64,000 nt of DNA, from the IMG/VR virus record IMGVR_UViG_3300045995_000108, positions 51,429 to 115,428 of that record; one strand, given 5' to 3'. This DNA is from a virus. Shown piece after piece: positions 46,632-56,004 of the stretch. The notes under the pieces were generated by a model. It ran no database searches. It saw only the letters and a list, made by a program, of their open reading frames with translations, and was not told the DNA's origin. The position numbers were made by a program, and so were the translations under genes. Numbering within the stretch: position 1 is the first letter of the stretch; each line of letters starts with the position of its first letter.

Positions 46632-47621
46632 ATGAAATATCTTGAAATTGACCTTGCAAACACGTTCTTTCGGGCACGTCATGCCGCACACCGTGGCTCT
46701 ACCATCGAAGAACGAGTTGCCTTTTCAATCCATGTCACTTTGGCATCCATTGCTAAATGCTGGCGAGATCAAAAGGCAAATCACGTTGTAATCTGTTTGG
46801 AAGGCCGAAGCTGGCGCAAATCATTCTACGCACCATACAAGCGTAACCGTTCAGAGGCACGAGCTGCATCTACTGAGAAAGAGCAAGAAGAAGACAAACT
46901 GTTCTTTGCTGCATTTGAAGAGCTGCAAAACTTCTTCCTAAACAAATCAAACTGTACCGTGTTACAGCACCCTAATTTGGAAGCTGACGATCTTATTGGT
47001 GGCTTTATTCAACTGCATCCAGATGACGAGCACGTTATCATTTCGTCTGACACTGACTATTACCAATTGCTTGCAGAAAACGTGTCACAATACAACGGCA
47101 TCTCCGACGAGCTGCACACAATCAAAGGCATCCTAGATAGAAAAGGCAAATATGTCATCGACAAAAAGACAAAACTTCCCAAGACAATTCCCGATCCGAG
47201 TTGGATTCTGTTTGAAAAGTGTATCCGTGGGGACTCAACAGACAACGTATTCTCTGCGTATCCGGGGGTTAGAACAAAGGGTACGAAAAATAAAACCGGA
47301 CTCCAAGAGGCATATGACGACCGTACTAAAAAAGGCTTTGCGTGGAACAACCTTATGCTACAGCGTTGGGTCGACCCAGATCAGAAAGAACATCTGGTTA
47401 TGGACGACTACAACCGCAATGTGACACTGATTGATTTGACTGCCCAGCCTGACGATGTTAAAGTACAGATAGTAGAGACAATCACTGAGAAGAGCAAGCC
47501 AAGAGCTGTGCCACAAATCGGTCTCTTGTTTATGAAGTTTTGCGGTAAGCATGAGCTTAACCGTTTAGCAGACAACCCAGACAACTGTGTCAACTTTTTA
47601 GCAGCGAGCTATCCAGAATGA
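46632..47621 (+). CDS. rnh: T4 RNase H-like 5'-3' exonuclease/flap nuclease
   Basis: YKRNR, EADD, SSDTDYYQL, RGDSTDNV. Confidence 0.88.
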   Translation: MKYLEIDLANTFFRARHAAHRGSTIEERVAFSIHVTLASIAKCWRDQKANHVVICLEGRSWRKSFYAPYKRNRSEARAASTEKEQEEDKLFFAAFEELQNFFLNKSNCTVLQHPNLEADDLIGGFIQLHPDDEHVIISSDTDYYQLLAENVSQYNGISDELHTIKGILDRKGKYVIDKKTKLPKTIPDPSWILFEKCIRGDSTDNVFSAYPGVRTKGTKNKTGLQEAYDDRTKKGFAWNNLMLQRWVDPDQKEHLVMDDYNRNVTLIDLTAQPDDVKVQIVETITEKSKPRAVPQIGLLFMKFCGKHELNRLADNPDNCVNFLAASYPE

Positions 47622-47896
47622 TTTCATTTCATATTCGTCTTGCCAATCCTTGGCACAAGGATGACTTCCTACATTTTTGGGAAAAGACTTGGTTAATATC
47701 CAAGCACAAGGTCATTGAGTTGGAAGCAACAAAGTATTCGTACAATCTATTAGAAGTACAGTTCGATCTTAAGTTTAGAACTGACCACGCTGGATTGAAT
47801 ATTGTTATTGGATTGTTCGGGTACAGTGCTCACTTTGGGCTGAACGATACAAGACATTGGAACTACACTACAAACGCATGGGAAATATACGAATGA
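47618..47896 (+). CDS. Hypothetical protein
   Basis: Coupled ORF. Confidence 0.6.
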   Translation: MISFHIRLANPWHKDDFLHFWEKTWLISKHKVIELEATKYSYNLLEVQFDLKFRTDHAGLNIVIGLFGYSAHFGLNDTRHWNYTTNAWEIYE

Positions 47897-48195
47897 CTAA
47901 GAAACTATTTTTGGTAGAGACGATTACAACTTTCCGTCACAAGTATGTGATCGAAGCTGATGCATTGGAACACGCATACGATGAAGTAACAATGCAGCAC
48001 TCAGGCAACCCTGCTGACGATTTCCCTGAAGTCACTCAACGATTTCTAGGAGAGCAAATCATCGACGGTCGCAAGATTACTAAAGCAGAGTTTGACAAAC
48101 TACTCGTCACGCTCGCAAACGACAAAGACGAACTATCATCAACGTGGTTAGGTGATGAACTTATCCGCAAAATCAACTACAAGGAATCAACATGA
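47893..48195 (+). CDS. Hypothetical protein
   Basis: Coupled ORF. Confidence 0.65.
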   Translation: MTKKLFLVETITTFRHKYVIEADALEHAYDEVTMQHSGNPADDFPEVTQRFLGEQIIDGRKITKAEFDKLLVTLANDKDELSSTWLGDELIRKINYKEST

Positions 48196-48740
48196 TCTCA
48201 ATTAAACAATGGATGGAACTGGCTAACTTCCGTATTACTGAAGGTAGCGACTACTGCTGGTCGTGTTTCGGGCCTAATGCATACAGCTTAGATGCATGGG
48301 ATGGCGACAACGAGAACGGATGGTCGCTGTGCATCGTATTTGACAATAAGACACAAGCTGTCTACCAAGTCGAAGCACACGATTACAAGCGCGAAAATGC
48401 ATATCGTTACACAAACCCTGATTTCCGTGAAGCATACGATGCAGAAACAAAGGCACGCAATGCAATGCATTATGACGAGTTTGAGGACTACAAGATTACT
48501 GACCTTGAAGTGCAAGACGATTGGGAATCCAAGGCGTTTAGTATCTGCAACTACGCAGACTACGATGAAGGCATTCTCGTGCCACTAGACTTCACTGACG
48601 AAGAATTGCTACCTATCTTCAAACTTGCGCACGAAGCAAACATGTCTTTCAATGACTATGTATGCATGGCTCTACGCAGGCTCATTGACGAACGCAAATT
48701 GACAGAATGTGACAAGACCTGCGAAGGTTGCAAATGTTAA
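48192..48740 (+). CDS. Hypothetical protein
   Basis: Coupled ORF. Confidence 0.7.
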   Translation: MISIKQWMELANFRITEGSDYCWSCFGPNAYSLDAWDGDNENGWSLCIVFDNKTQAVYQVEAHDYKRENAYRYTNPDFREAYDAETKARNAMHYDEFEDYKITDLEVQDDWESKAFSICNYADYDEGILVPLDFTDEELLPIFKLAHEANMSFNDYVCMALRRLIDERKLTECDKTCEGCKC

Positions 48741-49084
48741 GCACTGTTTACAGTAACTCGCCGTACATACAGGTGTCAGCGCCTGTATTGCCTTACATAA
48801 CTCCAGGGCCAATGACAGGGCAAATGCGGTGGAATACACAAAACAACTGTGTGGAAGTTAGCAATGGTTCTGGCTGGCAGCAAATTGGCGGAGTGGCAAG
48901 TCTCAATGTAAGCGCAGAGTTTAAACAGATTATGGAGTGGGCTAAGGAAGAGATGGCTAGATCCATCAAGATGAAACAGTTGGCAGATCAGTCGCCCACA
49001 GTAGCCGCAGCACTTGCAGACTATGAACTAGCCGCAGAGAAGTTAGCAGTTATTATGACATTAGCAGACAAGGAACTAGCATGA
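48734..49084 (+). CDS. Hypothetical protein
   Basis: ORF. Confidence 0.6.
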   Translation: MLSTVYSNSPYIQVSAPVLPYITPGPMTGQMRWNTQNNCVEVSNGSGWQQIGGVASLNVSAEFKQIMEWAKEEMARSIKMKQLADQSPTVAAALADYELAAEKLAVIMTLADKELA

Positions 49085-49410
49085 AGATTTTTCGCAAGTG
49101 GCTCCTAAAGTGGGTGCAAAAAGCCAAGGATGAAGCTGACCGTGAGCAAAAGGTAGCAATGGAAGAGCCGATGAAGGCAAACTACGGCGCAACTATTGGC
49201 TCTGCTAACTATGCAACGGCAAAGGAAGATGTGCCTATGCGTATGAACTTCAATGTGATGCCAGCCATGGGCGGTGTAGTAATCAGCATAAATAATTATG
49301 ACCGCAAGACCGGTCGACACACTGAAAATCTACACGTCATTCACGATGACGAAGACGTCGCAACTAACATCGGACAAATTGTTTCTTTGGAGTTGCTGAA
49401 GTCACAATGA
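49081..49410 (+). CDS. Hypothetical protein
   Basis: Coupled ORF. Confidence 0.65.
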   Translation: MKIFRKWLLKWVQKAKDEADREQKVAMEEPMKANYGATIGSANYATAKEDVPMRMNFNVMPAMGGVVISINNYDRKTGRHTENLHVIHDDEDVATNIGQIVSLELLKSQ

Positions 49411-49889
49411 ACACATTAACTGATATGATTGCTAAACCTGTCCTGAAGAATAAATTCTGGGTCGTCGAAGACAATGGTAAAAAGATTGCAACGATACAAG
49501 CTACTGACGTTGGCTTTGTATATGTGCACAACGATGAGCGTGAAAAGTTTCCGTCCATCAAAGGATTGAGCAAGAAGTATAACATCACTTTTGAAACTGT
49601 CAAGTTCAAACCACCAAAGGAAGATTCACATCATTGTTATGGGTACCCCACTGTCGGCAAACCATACAATCAAATCTACGACGTCCAGCGCAAGATAGCA
49701 ATATACACAAAGACCGCAAAGTCTCGGAGTTTATTTTGTGCAGGATACTTCGCCATTAAGTACAATGACTCATGGGCTAGTGAGTATTGCCCAAAAAATA
49801 TTACCATCAACAGGTATGAATTTGCTGGGCCGTTTAAAACAAAGACAGAATTAAAAGTCTTTCTAGACTCCAAGAAAGCGTGGCTATAA
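49407..49889 (+). CDS. Conserved hypothetical protein
   Basis: Coupled ORF. Confidence 0.7.
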   Translation: MNTLTDMIAKPVLKNKFWVVEDNGKKIATIQATDVGFVYVHNDEREKFPSIKGLSKKYNITFETVKFKPPKEDSHHCYGYPTVGKPYNQIYDVQRKIAIYTKTAKSRSLFCAGYFAIKYNDSWASEYCPKNITINRYEFAGPFKTKTELKVFLDSKKAWL

Positions 49890-50104
49890 TGCAACTTACC
49901 ATAGCAATGCAATCCTTCAATGAGAAGGTGCGACAAATGAACCAAACGAACGGTAAACAGCTGGTTTTGAGTGCAGCAGAGGCAAGAAACCTGCATGTCG
50001 ACCTTTATGCCCTACTCGCAGAAGTAACTGTCTTAGCTAGAAATGAGAAACCCGATGATGAAACAATGCAAATAAGCATGGATGGTGGCGGGTTTAAACA
50101 ATAA
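49889..50104 (+). CDS. Hypothetical protein
   Basis: TAATG-coupled. Confidence 0.6.
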   Translation: MQLTIAMQSFNEKVRQMNQTNGKQLVLSAAEARNLHVDLYALLAEVTVLARNEKPDDETMQISMDGGGFKQ

Positions 50105-50148
50105 ATACATATATAATTGCATAAATAAGAGTGCAAGGAATATAATCA

Positions 50149-50436
50149 ATGTCGAGACCCAAGCCAACTGTTATTTTAGAAAACGTAAGTAAGACCACTT
50201 ATAAGAGTGATCAAGTGCTGTCATCTGACGGCATTTGGGCAGTGTTCTACGATGGTCAACCCGTTAACCTAAAGTCATCGCATTCGCTGGTCGCTTACCC
50301 TGGTCCGAAATATAAAAAGTCAGCCTTCTCAAATCCAGGCCATGCTATCAACTTGGCAAAGAAGCTCAATGTTCAGTTCAAGACAGACAAGTTTACTGTC
50401 ATACTGTTGAAGCAAGGTGACCAAGTCTATCCATGA
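50149..50436 (+). CDS. Conserved hypothetical protein
   Basis: Late promoters and AAGGA RBS. Confidence 0.7.
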   Translation: MSRPKPTVILENVSKTTYKSDQVLSSDGIWAVFYDGQPVNLKSSHSLVAYPGPKYKKSAFSNPGHAINLAKKLNVQFKTDKFTVILLKQGDQVYP

Positions 50437-50785
50437 CCCGCAGCTAGAGTGGATTAAAACATTCATGGCATCGTTAGTGGATTGCCCCCTAACGTTACAG
50501 CAGGGCAGAGTGCATTGGTGGGTCAATCCGTCAAACCACAATAGTCTAAGGCTGGCGGGCAAGGCTTATATGTGGTTAAAGAAGTACACACAGATTCCGC
50601 ATTGGCAGATTCCAATTAACGCTGACATTTCAAGCAAGCAAGTGATACAGTTAGAGCGAGTATTTAAGAGTCCGTATTACTTGCATAACTCGTTAAACAT
50701 AACTTTGCTGGGTGAGGAAGATGTCGTCATGCTGCAACTACATGCAGGGGATCTGGGCACGTACCTAAACAATTTACAACAATGA
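50417..50785 (+). CDS. Hypothetical protein
   Basis: ORF. Confidence 0.55.
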   Translation: MTKSIHDPQLEWIKTFMASLVDCPLTLQQGRVHWWVNPSNHNSLRLAGKAYMWLKKYTQIPHWQIPINADISSKQVIQLERVFKSPYYLHNSLNITLLGEEDVVMLQLHAGDLGTYLNNLQQ

Positions 50786-51927
50786 CACAATTTACAAGTA
50801 GAATAATTCCTCTAGTAGACGTAAACAATCCCGCATACAAAAACAGAACTCCACTCACAAGGGCAGACGTTCCTAAAGAGCATCAATGGAATTTTGTTCA
50901 GCGTAAGATGAATTTTGAAAAGGATCTTGGCTTACAAGGTCTCTACTGTTTTCACCCCTTCAACACGATAACGGTTGACCAACTTGGCGATGTGTATATG
51001 TGCACTTGCCAAGCAGACTTACCTATACCTGTTGGTAAGATATGGGACTTTGAATCGTTGGATGACATAGGGCGTTCGCCTATTGCACGTGAGTTGCAGG
51101 CAAGCATATTGGATGGTACATACAAGTATTGTAACGGCGACAACTGCGGTCTCATTCGTGGCAAGGTATTGAGTCCTGTAATCAGTCACAAGCCAGACAC
51201 TATTAACTGGATAAATTTTGCGCTTGATGCCAGCTGCAATTTAACTTGCCCGTCGTGTCGCAAAGAGTTTATCTTCCTTAACGAAGGACCAGAGTATGAT
51301 CTACGCATACGCATGGTCAACCATCTTGTTAAACTCATTGAGAAACACAACCATTGGATTAAGTTCTCCATAAGCAATGATGGCGATCCGTTTGCATCAT
51401 TAGTCTATCGCGACTTGCTGTCTAAGCTAAAAATTAAAGGCATGCCTGTTGAAATAGAGATTGTTACTAACGGCATCCTTGCCAAAGCTCACTGGCACAA
51501 GATGGAGGGTATTCACTCTAACGTCGTTGGCTTTAAGGTCAGCATGGATGCAGGTACTCCTGAAACGTATGCAGTAACACGTCGTGGTGGTTCGTGGGAC
51601 AAACTCATTGAGAGCATCAAGTTCATTGCTCAGTGGAAGAAGGATAACAACTCACAAATGGAACTCACTGCGAGCTTTGTTGTGCAGAATGCTAACTACA
51701 AGGACATGGTTGCTTACGTTGAGCTGTGCGACTCGTTGGGCTTTGACCACATCAACATGTCACGCATACAGAACTGGGGTACGTTTGACAACTTTGCGCA
51801 AGAAGCAGTGTGGGACGAAAACCATATAAACTATACAGACTTTTTAACGTGCCTCAATGACCCAGTGCTCAAAAATCCCAAAGTAAATCTAACAAATTTG
51901 ATTGATTTGACAGACAAATCCATTTAA
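50782..51927 (+). CDS. Radical SAM protein with N-terminal SPASM-like cluster
   Basis: CFHPF...CTC...C...C; CNLTCPSC; GDPF; TNG. Confidence 0.85.
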   Translation: MTQFTSRIIPLVDVNNPAYKNRTPLTRADVPKEHQWNFVQRKMNFEKDLGLQGLYCFHPFNTITVDQLGDVYMCTCQADLPIPVGKIWDFESLDDIGRSPIARELQASILDGTYKYCNGDNCGLIRGKVLSPVISHKPDTINWINFALDASCNLTCPSCRKEFIFLNEGPEYDLRIRMVNHLVKLIEKHNHWIKFSISNDGDPFASLVYRDLLSKLKIKGMPVEIEIVTNGILAKAHWHKMEGIHSNVVGFKVSMDAGTPETYAVTRRGGSWDKLIESIKFIAQWKKDNNSQMELTASFVVQNANYKDMVAYVELCDSLGFDHINMSRIQNWGTFDNFAQEAVWDENHINYTDFLTCLNDPVLKNPKVNLTNLIDLTDKSI

Positions 51928-51935
51928 TATACAAT
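51907..51935 (+). promoter_or_regulatory. sigma70-type early promoter
   Basis: TTGACA-17-TACAAT. Confidence 0.8.
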
Positions 51936-51956
51936 GGTTGTATTAAATGATTAAGG

Positions 51957-53177
51957 ATGTTTATGCCTGCGCAAGCGTTAAGTTTGGTTCCCGCAAATTC
52001 CCTCAAGAAAAAGCTCACTGTGCTTACGTATGCGCAGACGCAAAACAAGAAATACGAATCCGTAATTGACGATTACGTCAATGTCCCAGAGCGTATCAAT
52101 GCGCTCAGCGCAAAGCGCCCTGACTTGCTCGCAATCTTCAAAGAGTTTGCGCAGGAGTTCTTGGAGCGTTTCCCCTTTAAAACGTACGAAGAGATGACTA
52201 AGTCCATGGTTGGGCTTGGCAAGCAAGGGTACGAGAACATCCTGGATCTTGATATCAACGTTACGATGCAACGGGATCTGGACGGCGATTGGCTTGTCAC
52301 ATTGATGGGCACGTTTGATCCCATCCTTGTTAATGCTGTCCGTGCATACCGTGATCCAGACCGCACTGACGGTGGCAAAGCTCGTCTTATTGCATGGGAC
52401 GGCCAACATACCACCATGCTGCTTTACCTAATTGCAGTGTACGGTTTTGGTTACGAACCCAAGGACGTCAAGGTTCCCGTAAGCGAATACCCAGGGCACG
52501 ATCGTGCCTCCATCCGCCGTCAATTCGTGTATTACAATAGCGGCGCAGGTTCTAAGAAGCTTGACGCAATTGATTTGTTCATGCAATACGTGTATGGCTA
52601 CAACCACGACGGCGACCGCGGCGAGATGCACATTCGCTGCCACGAGATTCAAGCCCTTGCTGAAAAGTATGGCATGTTTTTGACTGACGAGAAGTTTGGC
52701 GATCAAAACGAAGATGGCGCTGTGTCCCGCTTGTCAGAAATCATGAACAAGAACTACAGCGTCGCAGTGATTGACAAGGTGTTTTATTACCACACTGTGT
52801 CCAAGAAGAAAGAAAGCAAGTCCCGCCCAATGTATGCATTGGAGATTGACAACCTTGCTCACTACTTCAAGGCCTGCGAAGATCAGTCCATTATGATTGA
52901 TTATGCTTACATTGACGGCATGGTTGCAGTACTCAGCAAAGTCACTGACAATACGTGGCACGTGGGCAGCAAGAAACACAAAATGGTTATCACTGCATAC
53001 GGCAACTGGTTCAAGGCTGCACAATCCAAAGGCACCATCCTAAGTAGCGAGAAGCCACGGTGCAACCAAACAGAAGTTGCTCCTGTGTGGCTTAGCCAAG
53101 TCTTGGTGCGTCACGCTAAAGCATCAGTACCGACGTTTACGCAAAGCTTCAAATTTGCAGCAAAGGACTTGGGTTAA
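51957..53177 (+). CDS. ParB/DGQHR-superfamily (DndB/DpdB-like) protein
   Basis: MQRDLD, WDGQHT, F.YYN motifs. Confidence 0.55.
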   Translation: MFMPAQALSLVPANSLKKKLTVLTYAQTQNKKYESVIDDYVNVPERINALSAKRPDLLAIFKEFAQEFLERFPFKTYEEMTKSMVGLGKQGYENILDLDINVTMQRDLDGDWLVTLMGTFDPILVNAVRAYRDPDRTDGGKARLIAWDGQHTTMLLYLIAVYGFGYEPKDVKVPVSEYPGHDRASIRRQFVYYNSGAGSKKLDAIDLFMQYVYGYNHDGDRGEMHIRCHEIQALAEKYGMFLTDEKFGDQNEDGAVSRLSEIMNKNYSVAVIDKVFYYHTVSKKKESKSRPMYALEIDNLAHYFKACEDQSIMIDYAYIDGMVAVLSKVTDNTWHVGSKKHKMVITAYGNWFKAAQSKGTILSSEKPRCNQTEVAPVWLSQVLVRHAKASVPTFTQSFKFAAKDLG

Positions 53178-53178
53178 T

Positions 53179-53643
53179 ATGTTCCGCGATTTTAAAAAAG
53201 ACGAACTCAAAAGTTCAGCTGAAATCTTCAAGGCTGCGAAAATGAAATGTGTCAACTGCGGCGACCCTGTTACTAAGTACAAGGGCCCAGGTGATTCCAC
53301 ACTTTGCCGCAAGCACCAGAAAAACCTCGTTGAGTATGGCGGCACTGGCAAAGTTGGTGTTGATCACTCCCACTCACGTGGCAAGGTGTGTGTATGCTGC
53401 GGCTATGACCCGCAAGCAGATCAGGCAATCATTGATGCTGCAAACGGCGACGCAGTCGTGCTAAATCAAATTTTGCGGAAGCTCATTCACGTTGACCACA
53501 TTGATGGCGATCACGAGAATAACGATCCGTCCAATCACCAAACACTGTGCTATAAGTGCCACGCAATCAAAACGATTATCAACAAAGATTACTTGCCCAA
53601 ATCTCTGCGTCCAAGATTCTTGGCAGAGGAATTTGACGAGTAA
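53179..53643 (+). CDS. HNH endonuclease with zinc fingers
   Basis: CxxC; VDHIDGDHENNDPSNHQTLCYKCH. Confidence 0.8.
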   Translation: MFRDFKKDELKSSAEIFKAAKMKCVNCGDPVTKYKGPGDSTLCRKHQKNLVEYGGTGKVGVDHSHSRGKVCVCCGYDPQADQAIIDAANGDAVVLNQILRKLIHVDHIDGDHENNDPSNHQTLCYKCHAIKTIINKDYLPKSLRPRFLAEEFDE

Positions 53644-53661
53644 ATCCACTTAATGTACAAT
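53633..53661 (+). promoter_or_regulatory. Early promoter (near-identical to copy 1)
   Basis: TTGACG agtaaatccacttaatg TACAAT. Confidence 0.85.
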
Positions 53662-53686
53662 GATAGCTTATTAATTAGGGGTGATT

Positions 53687-54067
53687 ATGAGCTTGTTCCG
53701 TCCAACCTGTATCAACCACGGCTGTAACGAGCCAGTCACATTCCAACGAACTAACGCTGACGGATCAAAACGGTGGCGTGTCCATTGTGGACATTGTCAA
53801 AAGGCAAGCTATGGTAAAGTAGAGCATCGTGACGGTGTTACGCCCTATAAAACTGGAAAATGCGCAAACCAAAATGGGCACCTTAAATTCAAGTGCCCAA
53901 CAAGTTACAGGCGTGGCAGCGTGGCATTTGGCATCACTGAAGTTGACCACATTGATGGTGACCATTGCAATAATGCACATTCTAATTTGGATGAACTGTG
54001 CCCAATTTGTCACAAAGAAAAAGGCAAGCGTGAGGGAGACCACAATAACCAAAAGCACTTTGCGTAA
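53687..54067 (+). CDS. HNH endonuclease with zinc fingers
   Basis: VDHIDGDHCNNAHSNLDELCPICH. Confidence 0.8.
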   Translation: MSLFRPTCINHGCNEPVTFQRTNADGSKRWRVHCGHCQKASYGKVEHRDGVTPYKTGKCANQNGHLKFKCPTSYRRGSVAFGITEVDHIDGDHCNNAHSNLDELCPICHKEKGKREGDHNNQKHFA

Positions 54068-54068
54068 T

Positions 54069-54097
54069 TTGACGCTTAATTGATCTTAATATACAAT
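54069..54097 (+). promoter_or_regulatory. sigma70-type early promoter
   Basis: TTGACG-17-TACAAT. Confidence 0.8.
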
Positions 54098-54103
54098 GAC
54101 AGC

Positions 54104-54295
54104 ATGAACACTAAAATCCGTACTGTACTCAGCGACATTGCTCGCAAAGAAATGGGCATTGAAACGCTGGAAACCCAACGCTCTGACCGCTTGGATTTTC
54201 ATGAAGTTGCAGTGTGGACCATACTAAATGCTCTTGAAGCCGCATACTTGCAAGGCTTGAAGGACGCAAAGGATTTGACGATTAAATCCACTTAA
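54104..54295 (+). CDS. DUF6900-like small protein
   Basis: IETLETQRSDRLDFHEVAVW...ALEAAY. Confidence 0.65.
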   Translation: MNTKIRTVLSDIARKEMGIETLETQRSDRLDFHEVAVWTILNALEAAYLQGLKDAKDLTIKST

Positions 54296-54318
54296 TGTAC
54301 AATAGTGGCTTAGTAAGT
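54272..54318 (+). repeat. Early promoter module, 47-bp exact copy of 150-196
   Basis: Direct sequence identity. Confidence 0.9.
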
Positions 54319-54347
54319 TAGTTAACAGATTTTAAAGGAGTTAGTAA

Positions 54348-55466
54348 ATGGCTACACAAGGAACCGGCGCTTTGACAGACACCATCACCGTCACGCCCAA
54401 TGAGGCTCGCAGTCGCGTCCTCCGTGCATTCAAGGCAAAGCGCCCTGTTTTCCTCTGGGGCCCTCCCGGAGTTGGTAAGTCCGAAGTCATTACAGACCTC
54501 GGTGCAGAACTTGGTGGCTACGTGGTTGACCTGCGTCTGTCCCAAATGGAACCCACTGACCTGCGTGGTATCCCGTTTTACAACAAAGAAATTGGCAAAA
54601 TGGATTGGGCTCCCCCAATTGACTTGCCTGACGAAGAACTGTGCTCGCAGTATCCTATCGTTATCCTGTTCCTGGATGAAATGAACTCTGCCGCTCCTTC
54701 CGTGCAAGCCGCAGCATACCAGCTGACACTGGGACGCCGTATTGGTAAGTACCGCCTGCCAGACAACGTCGTGATTGTTGCTGCTGGTAACCGCGAAAGC
54801 GACAAGGGTGTGACATATCGTATGCCCACTCCGCTGGCAAACCGTTTCGTCCACTTGGAAGTGCGCCCTGACTTTGAGTCCTGGTTTACTTGGGCTGTCA
54901 ACAAAGGCGTGCACAAGGACGTCGTGGGTTACTTGAGCTTTGCCAAGAACGACATGTTTGGCTTTGACCCCCGCTCTGCTTCCCGTGCATTCAACACACC
55001 GCGTACCTGGGTTTTCACTTCGGACTTCCTGTTTGACGAAGACGCTACTGACGCTGAACTGCGCGACTTGATCGCTGGTACTATCGGCGACGGCTTGTCC
55101 AAGAAGTTTATGGCTCACCGTAAGGTGTCCGCAGACATGCCAAAGCCTGAAGATGTGCTGGCTGGCCGCGTGAAGGAACTGAAGGTCAAGGAAATCAGCG
55201 CCATGTACTCGCTGACAATTTCCATGTGCTACGAGTTGCAAGATAACTTCAAGAAGCTGGGCAAGGAAAAGATTAGCGACTGGCATGCCCAGGCAGACAA
55301 CTTCCTGCGTTTCATGATGGACAATTTCACAACGGAACTGGTTGTGATGGGTACACGGGTTGCGCTGACCACTTACAACCTGCCAATGATCCCAGGCAAG
55401 ATGAAGAACTTTAACGAGTTCCACCAACGCTTCGGCAAGTACATTGTCGCAGCATCCGGCAAGTAA
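54348..55466 (+). CDS. MoxR-like AAA+ ATPase
   Basis: GPPGVGKS, FLDEMN, AAGN, LANRF, TPRTW. Confidence 0.88.
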   Translation: MATQGTGALTDTITVTPNEARSRVLRAFKAKRPVFLWGPPGVGKSEVITDLGAELGGYVVDLRLSQMEPTDLRGIPFYNKEIGKMDWAPPIDLPDEELCSQYPIVILFLDEMNSAAPSVQAAAYQLTLGRRIGKYRLPDNVVIVAAGNRESDKGVTYRMPTPLANRFVHLEVRPDFESWFTWAVNKGVHKDVVGYLSFAKNDMFGFDPRSASRAFNTPRTWVFTSDFLFDEDATDAELRDLIAGTIGDGLSKKFMAHRKVSADMPKPEDVLAGRVKELKVKEISAMYSLTISMCYELQDNFKKLGKEKISDWHAQADNFLRFMMDNFTTELVVMGTRVALTTYNLPMIPGKMKNFNEFHQRFGKYIVAASGK

Positions 55467-55478
55467 CCTAAAATAGGT

Positions 55479-55500
55479 AACGGGGCTTCGGCCCCGTTTT
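55479..55500 (+). terminator. Intrinsic terminator, UUCG tetraloop
   Basis: AACGGGGC-ttcg-GCCCCGTT-TT. Confidence 0.88.
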
Positions 55501-55505
55501 GCATT

Positions 55506-55715
55506 ATGGACTACGATTACGATTACGAAATGCGGATTACTGATCCTGCTTATGTGGTTGAAGTAGGCATGGAACGCGATACAATGCGTGTCGCTCAAGA
55601 AATGATGGACACGTTGGGCGTTAGAGGAATTGCGATCGTAGGCAGACTGTGCTTTTTCAATATGCAGGACATGCGCCAATTTATGTTTTACTGGAAAGCA
55701 AATGGACCAATTTGA
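55506..55715 (+). CDS. Hypothetical protein
   Basis: ORF. Confidence 0.5.
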   Translation: MDYDYDYEMRITDPAYVVEVGMERDTMRVAQEMMDTLGVRGIAIVGRLCFFNMQDMRQFMFYWKANGPI

Positions 55716-55962
55716 TGAGGTGTGGCAGACGGAGAACCAAGGTCCAATCCAGGTGCGGGACATGAAGCGTTCGCACGTTCGTAATTCTCTCCAGTGGGTA
55801 TTGCGCAGACAGGACCGCACTGTGCTTGGTACTGAGTTTGATAATTTTGATGATGTTGATGCCGGCGGACCGTACAATCAAAAGGACAAGGACGGACTGT
55901 ATTACAGGGACTGGATCGCGATTTTCACTGCACGCCTGCTTGACCCGTCGCTTGACGAATAA
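55702..55962 (+). CDS. Hypothetical protein
   Basis: IQVRDMKRSHVRNSL pattern. Confidence 0.6.
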   Translation: MDQFDEVWQTENQGPIQVRDMKRSHVRNSLQWVLRRQDRTVLGTEFDNFDDVDAGGPYNQKDKDGLYYRDWIAIFTARLLDPSLDE

Positions 55963-55980
55963 ATCATCTTAATATATAAT
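55952..55980 (+). promoter_or_regulatory. sigma70-type early promoter
   Basis: TTGACG-17-TATAAT. Confidence 0.85.
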
Positions 55981-56004
55981 AGTGATAACAAATAAGGAAA
56001 GCTA

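Noticed and set aside
54318-55877. 519-aa minus-strand ORF
   Set aside because: Antisense shadow of the MoxR ATPase caused by strong codon bias; no motifs or RBS.
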